Shown: positions 62,060 to 64,000 of the stretch, piece by piece | Numbering within the stretch: the stretch's first letter is position 1 | Layout of the letters: each line of letters opens with the position of its first letter | Source: Octopus sinensis | Lineage: Eukaryota | Reading direction: 5' to 3' | Assembly: GCF_006345805.1 (NCBI RefSeq) | Contig: NC_043025.1 | Location: 7,626,001-7,690,000, forward strand | DNA: 64,000 bases | The notes under the pieces: model-generated | What the model was told of the DNA's origin: nothing | Databases searched by the model: none | Seen by the model: only the letters and a program-made list of their open reading frames with translations | Position numbers and translations under genes: made by a program

Positions 62060-64000
62060 TGTTTCAGTCAGTTGACTGTGGCCATGTTGGAGCACCACCT
62101 TTTAGTTGAACAAATCGACCTTTGGACTTATTCTTTGTAAGCCTGGTGCTTAGTCTATCAGTCTCTTCTGCTGAACTGCTTAGTTATGGCGAAGTAAACA
62201 CATCAACAGTGGTTGTCAGGTGATGGGAGGGGGACAGACACAAACGCACATACACATATATATATATACTCACACACATCTACCAAATCCACTTACAAGG
62301 CTTTGGTCAACCCGAGGCTATAGTAGAAGAGACTTGCCCAAGGTGCCATGCAGTGGGACTGAACCTGAAACCATGTGGTTGGGAAGCAACCTTACCACAC
62401 AGCCATGCCTATATATATATATCTGTACCAAGTTAAAAATATTGGTGCTGGTGCAATGTCAAAAGCAACCAGTACACTTTGTGGAGTGGTTGGCATTAGG
62501 AAGGACATCCAGCCATAGTAATCATGCTAAAACAGACAGCGGAGCCTGGTGTGGCTCCTGGCCTTCTTAGCCCCAGTCAAGCCATCTAGCCCATGTTAGC
62601 ATGGAAAATGCATGTTAAATGATGATAGATGGAAATTCTGATGATGGCTAGCAGGCTAAAACTTTGAAGTGACTCTCTCTCTTTTACTCTCTTTTACTTG
62701 TTTCAGTCATTTGACTGGAGCACCGCCTTTAGTCGAGCAAATCGACTCCGGGACTTATTCTTTGTAAGCCCAGTACTTATTCTATCGGTCTCTTTTGCCG
62801 AACCGCTAAGTGACGGGGACTTAAAAACACCAGCATCGGTTGTCAAGCAATGCTAGGGGGACAAACACTGACACACAAACATATACACACACACTTATAT
62901 ATATATATATACATATATACGACAGGCTTCTTTCAGTTTCCGTCTACCAAATCCACTCACAAGGCATTGGTCGGCTCGGGGCTATAGCAGGAGACACTTG
63001 CCCAAGATGCCACGCAGTGGGACTGAACCCGGAACCATGTGGTTGGTTAGCAAGCTACTTACCACACAGCCACTCCTGACTGTTAGGTTATATTATTTTA
63101 TTTGTCTTTTCTCTGAGTAAGGGAGAATATAACGATTCAACGTCACTTATACTCAAGTGTTATCATTATACCTAAAAACCCTAACTACAGTTATAACGTC
63201 ATAGAGACATATACGCATGAAACGCTATATTAATGACATGTATGTTGAATCTTCTAATCGTGTCCTTTAAACCGCTATAAGAAACATAAATCAAAGATTA
63301 CAGAAATGCATATTTATTTATGCTCAGTTGAAAAACAAATGTGAAGAGAAACATTTTCTTTTTAATTATTTTTTATTATATAAATAGTCCACCTGTGCAT
63401 ACCTTCCTTCTTGTGACACTTGTGAAGACCTGTTGAGGCAAGTGAGAATCAAATCGAACCAAATCAAAATAGATGAACATCAATGGAATTTGTATCCTTG
63501 TGGTACCAGTGCCGGTGGCACATAAGAAAACATCCGAACGTGACCGTAGCCAGTACCGCAACGACTGGCCTCCGTGCTGAGGGCATGTAACAAACACCAT
63601 CCGAGCGTGGCCGTCCGCCAGCCTCGTCTGGCACCTGTGTCGGTGACACATAAGAAAACACCATCCGAGCGTGGCCGTCAGCCAGCCTCGTCTGGCACCT
63701 GTGTCGGTGGCACATAAAAAACACCATCCGAGCGTGGCCGTCTGCCAGCCTCGTCTGGCACCTGTGTCGGTGGCACATAAAATCACCCACTACACTCTCG
63801 GAGTGGTTGGCGTTAGGAAGGGCATCCAGCTGTAGAAACACTGCCAGATCTGACTGGCCTGGTGCAGCCTTCGGGCTTGCCAGACCCCAGTTGAACCGTC
63901 CAACCCATGCTAGCATGGAAAGCGGACGTTAAACGATGATGATGATGATGATTTTATATTTTTTTACAGTAAGAAAGATAACTTTGTCGTGAAGAAAAAC

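Overview
Repeat-saturated animal genomic DNA, most likely from an octopus/coleoid cephalopod (inferred from the SINE families and microsatellite load). Two spliced genes lie on the + strand. (1) The 3' part of bleomycin hydrolase (BLMH): 4 recoverable exons in 2675-7773. The exon(s) carrying the catalytic His/Asn are absent, probably lost in the 100-N gap at 6449-6548. (2) A large RCC1-repeat gene: 21 phase-consistent GT-AG exons in 20491-61473, 3009 nt or 1003 codons, continuing beyond the window. Its architecture suggests a claret/GLO-4-like Rab32/38 GEF. Almost every entry in the ORF track comes from SINEs or simple repeats. The rest of the window is three or four SINE-like families, CR1 and RTE LINE fragments, piggyBac-like and hAT-like MITEs, non-autonomous Helitrons, foldback elements and minisatellites. 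The most interesting extras are a frame-preserving partial duplicate of exon 9, hammerhead-ribozyme-like motifs, a cluster of long palindromes just 3' of BLMH, and repeat multimers that share the same junction at separate loci. I found no strong evidence for a wholly new multi-gene system. All calls are by eye, and no database searches were run.
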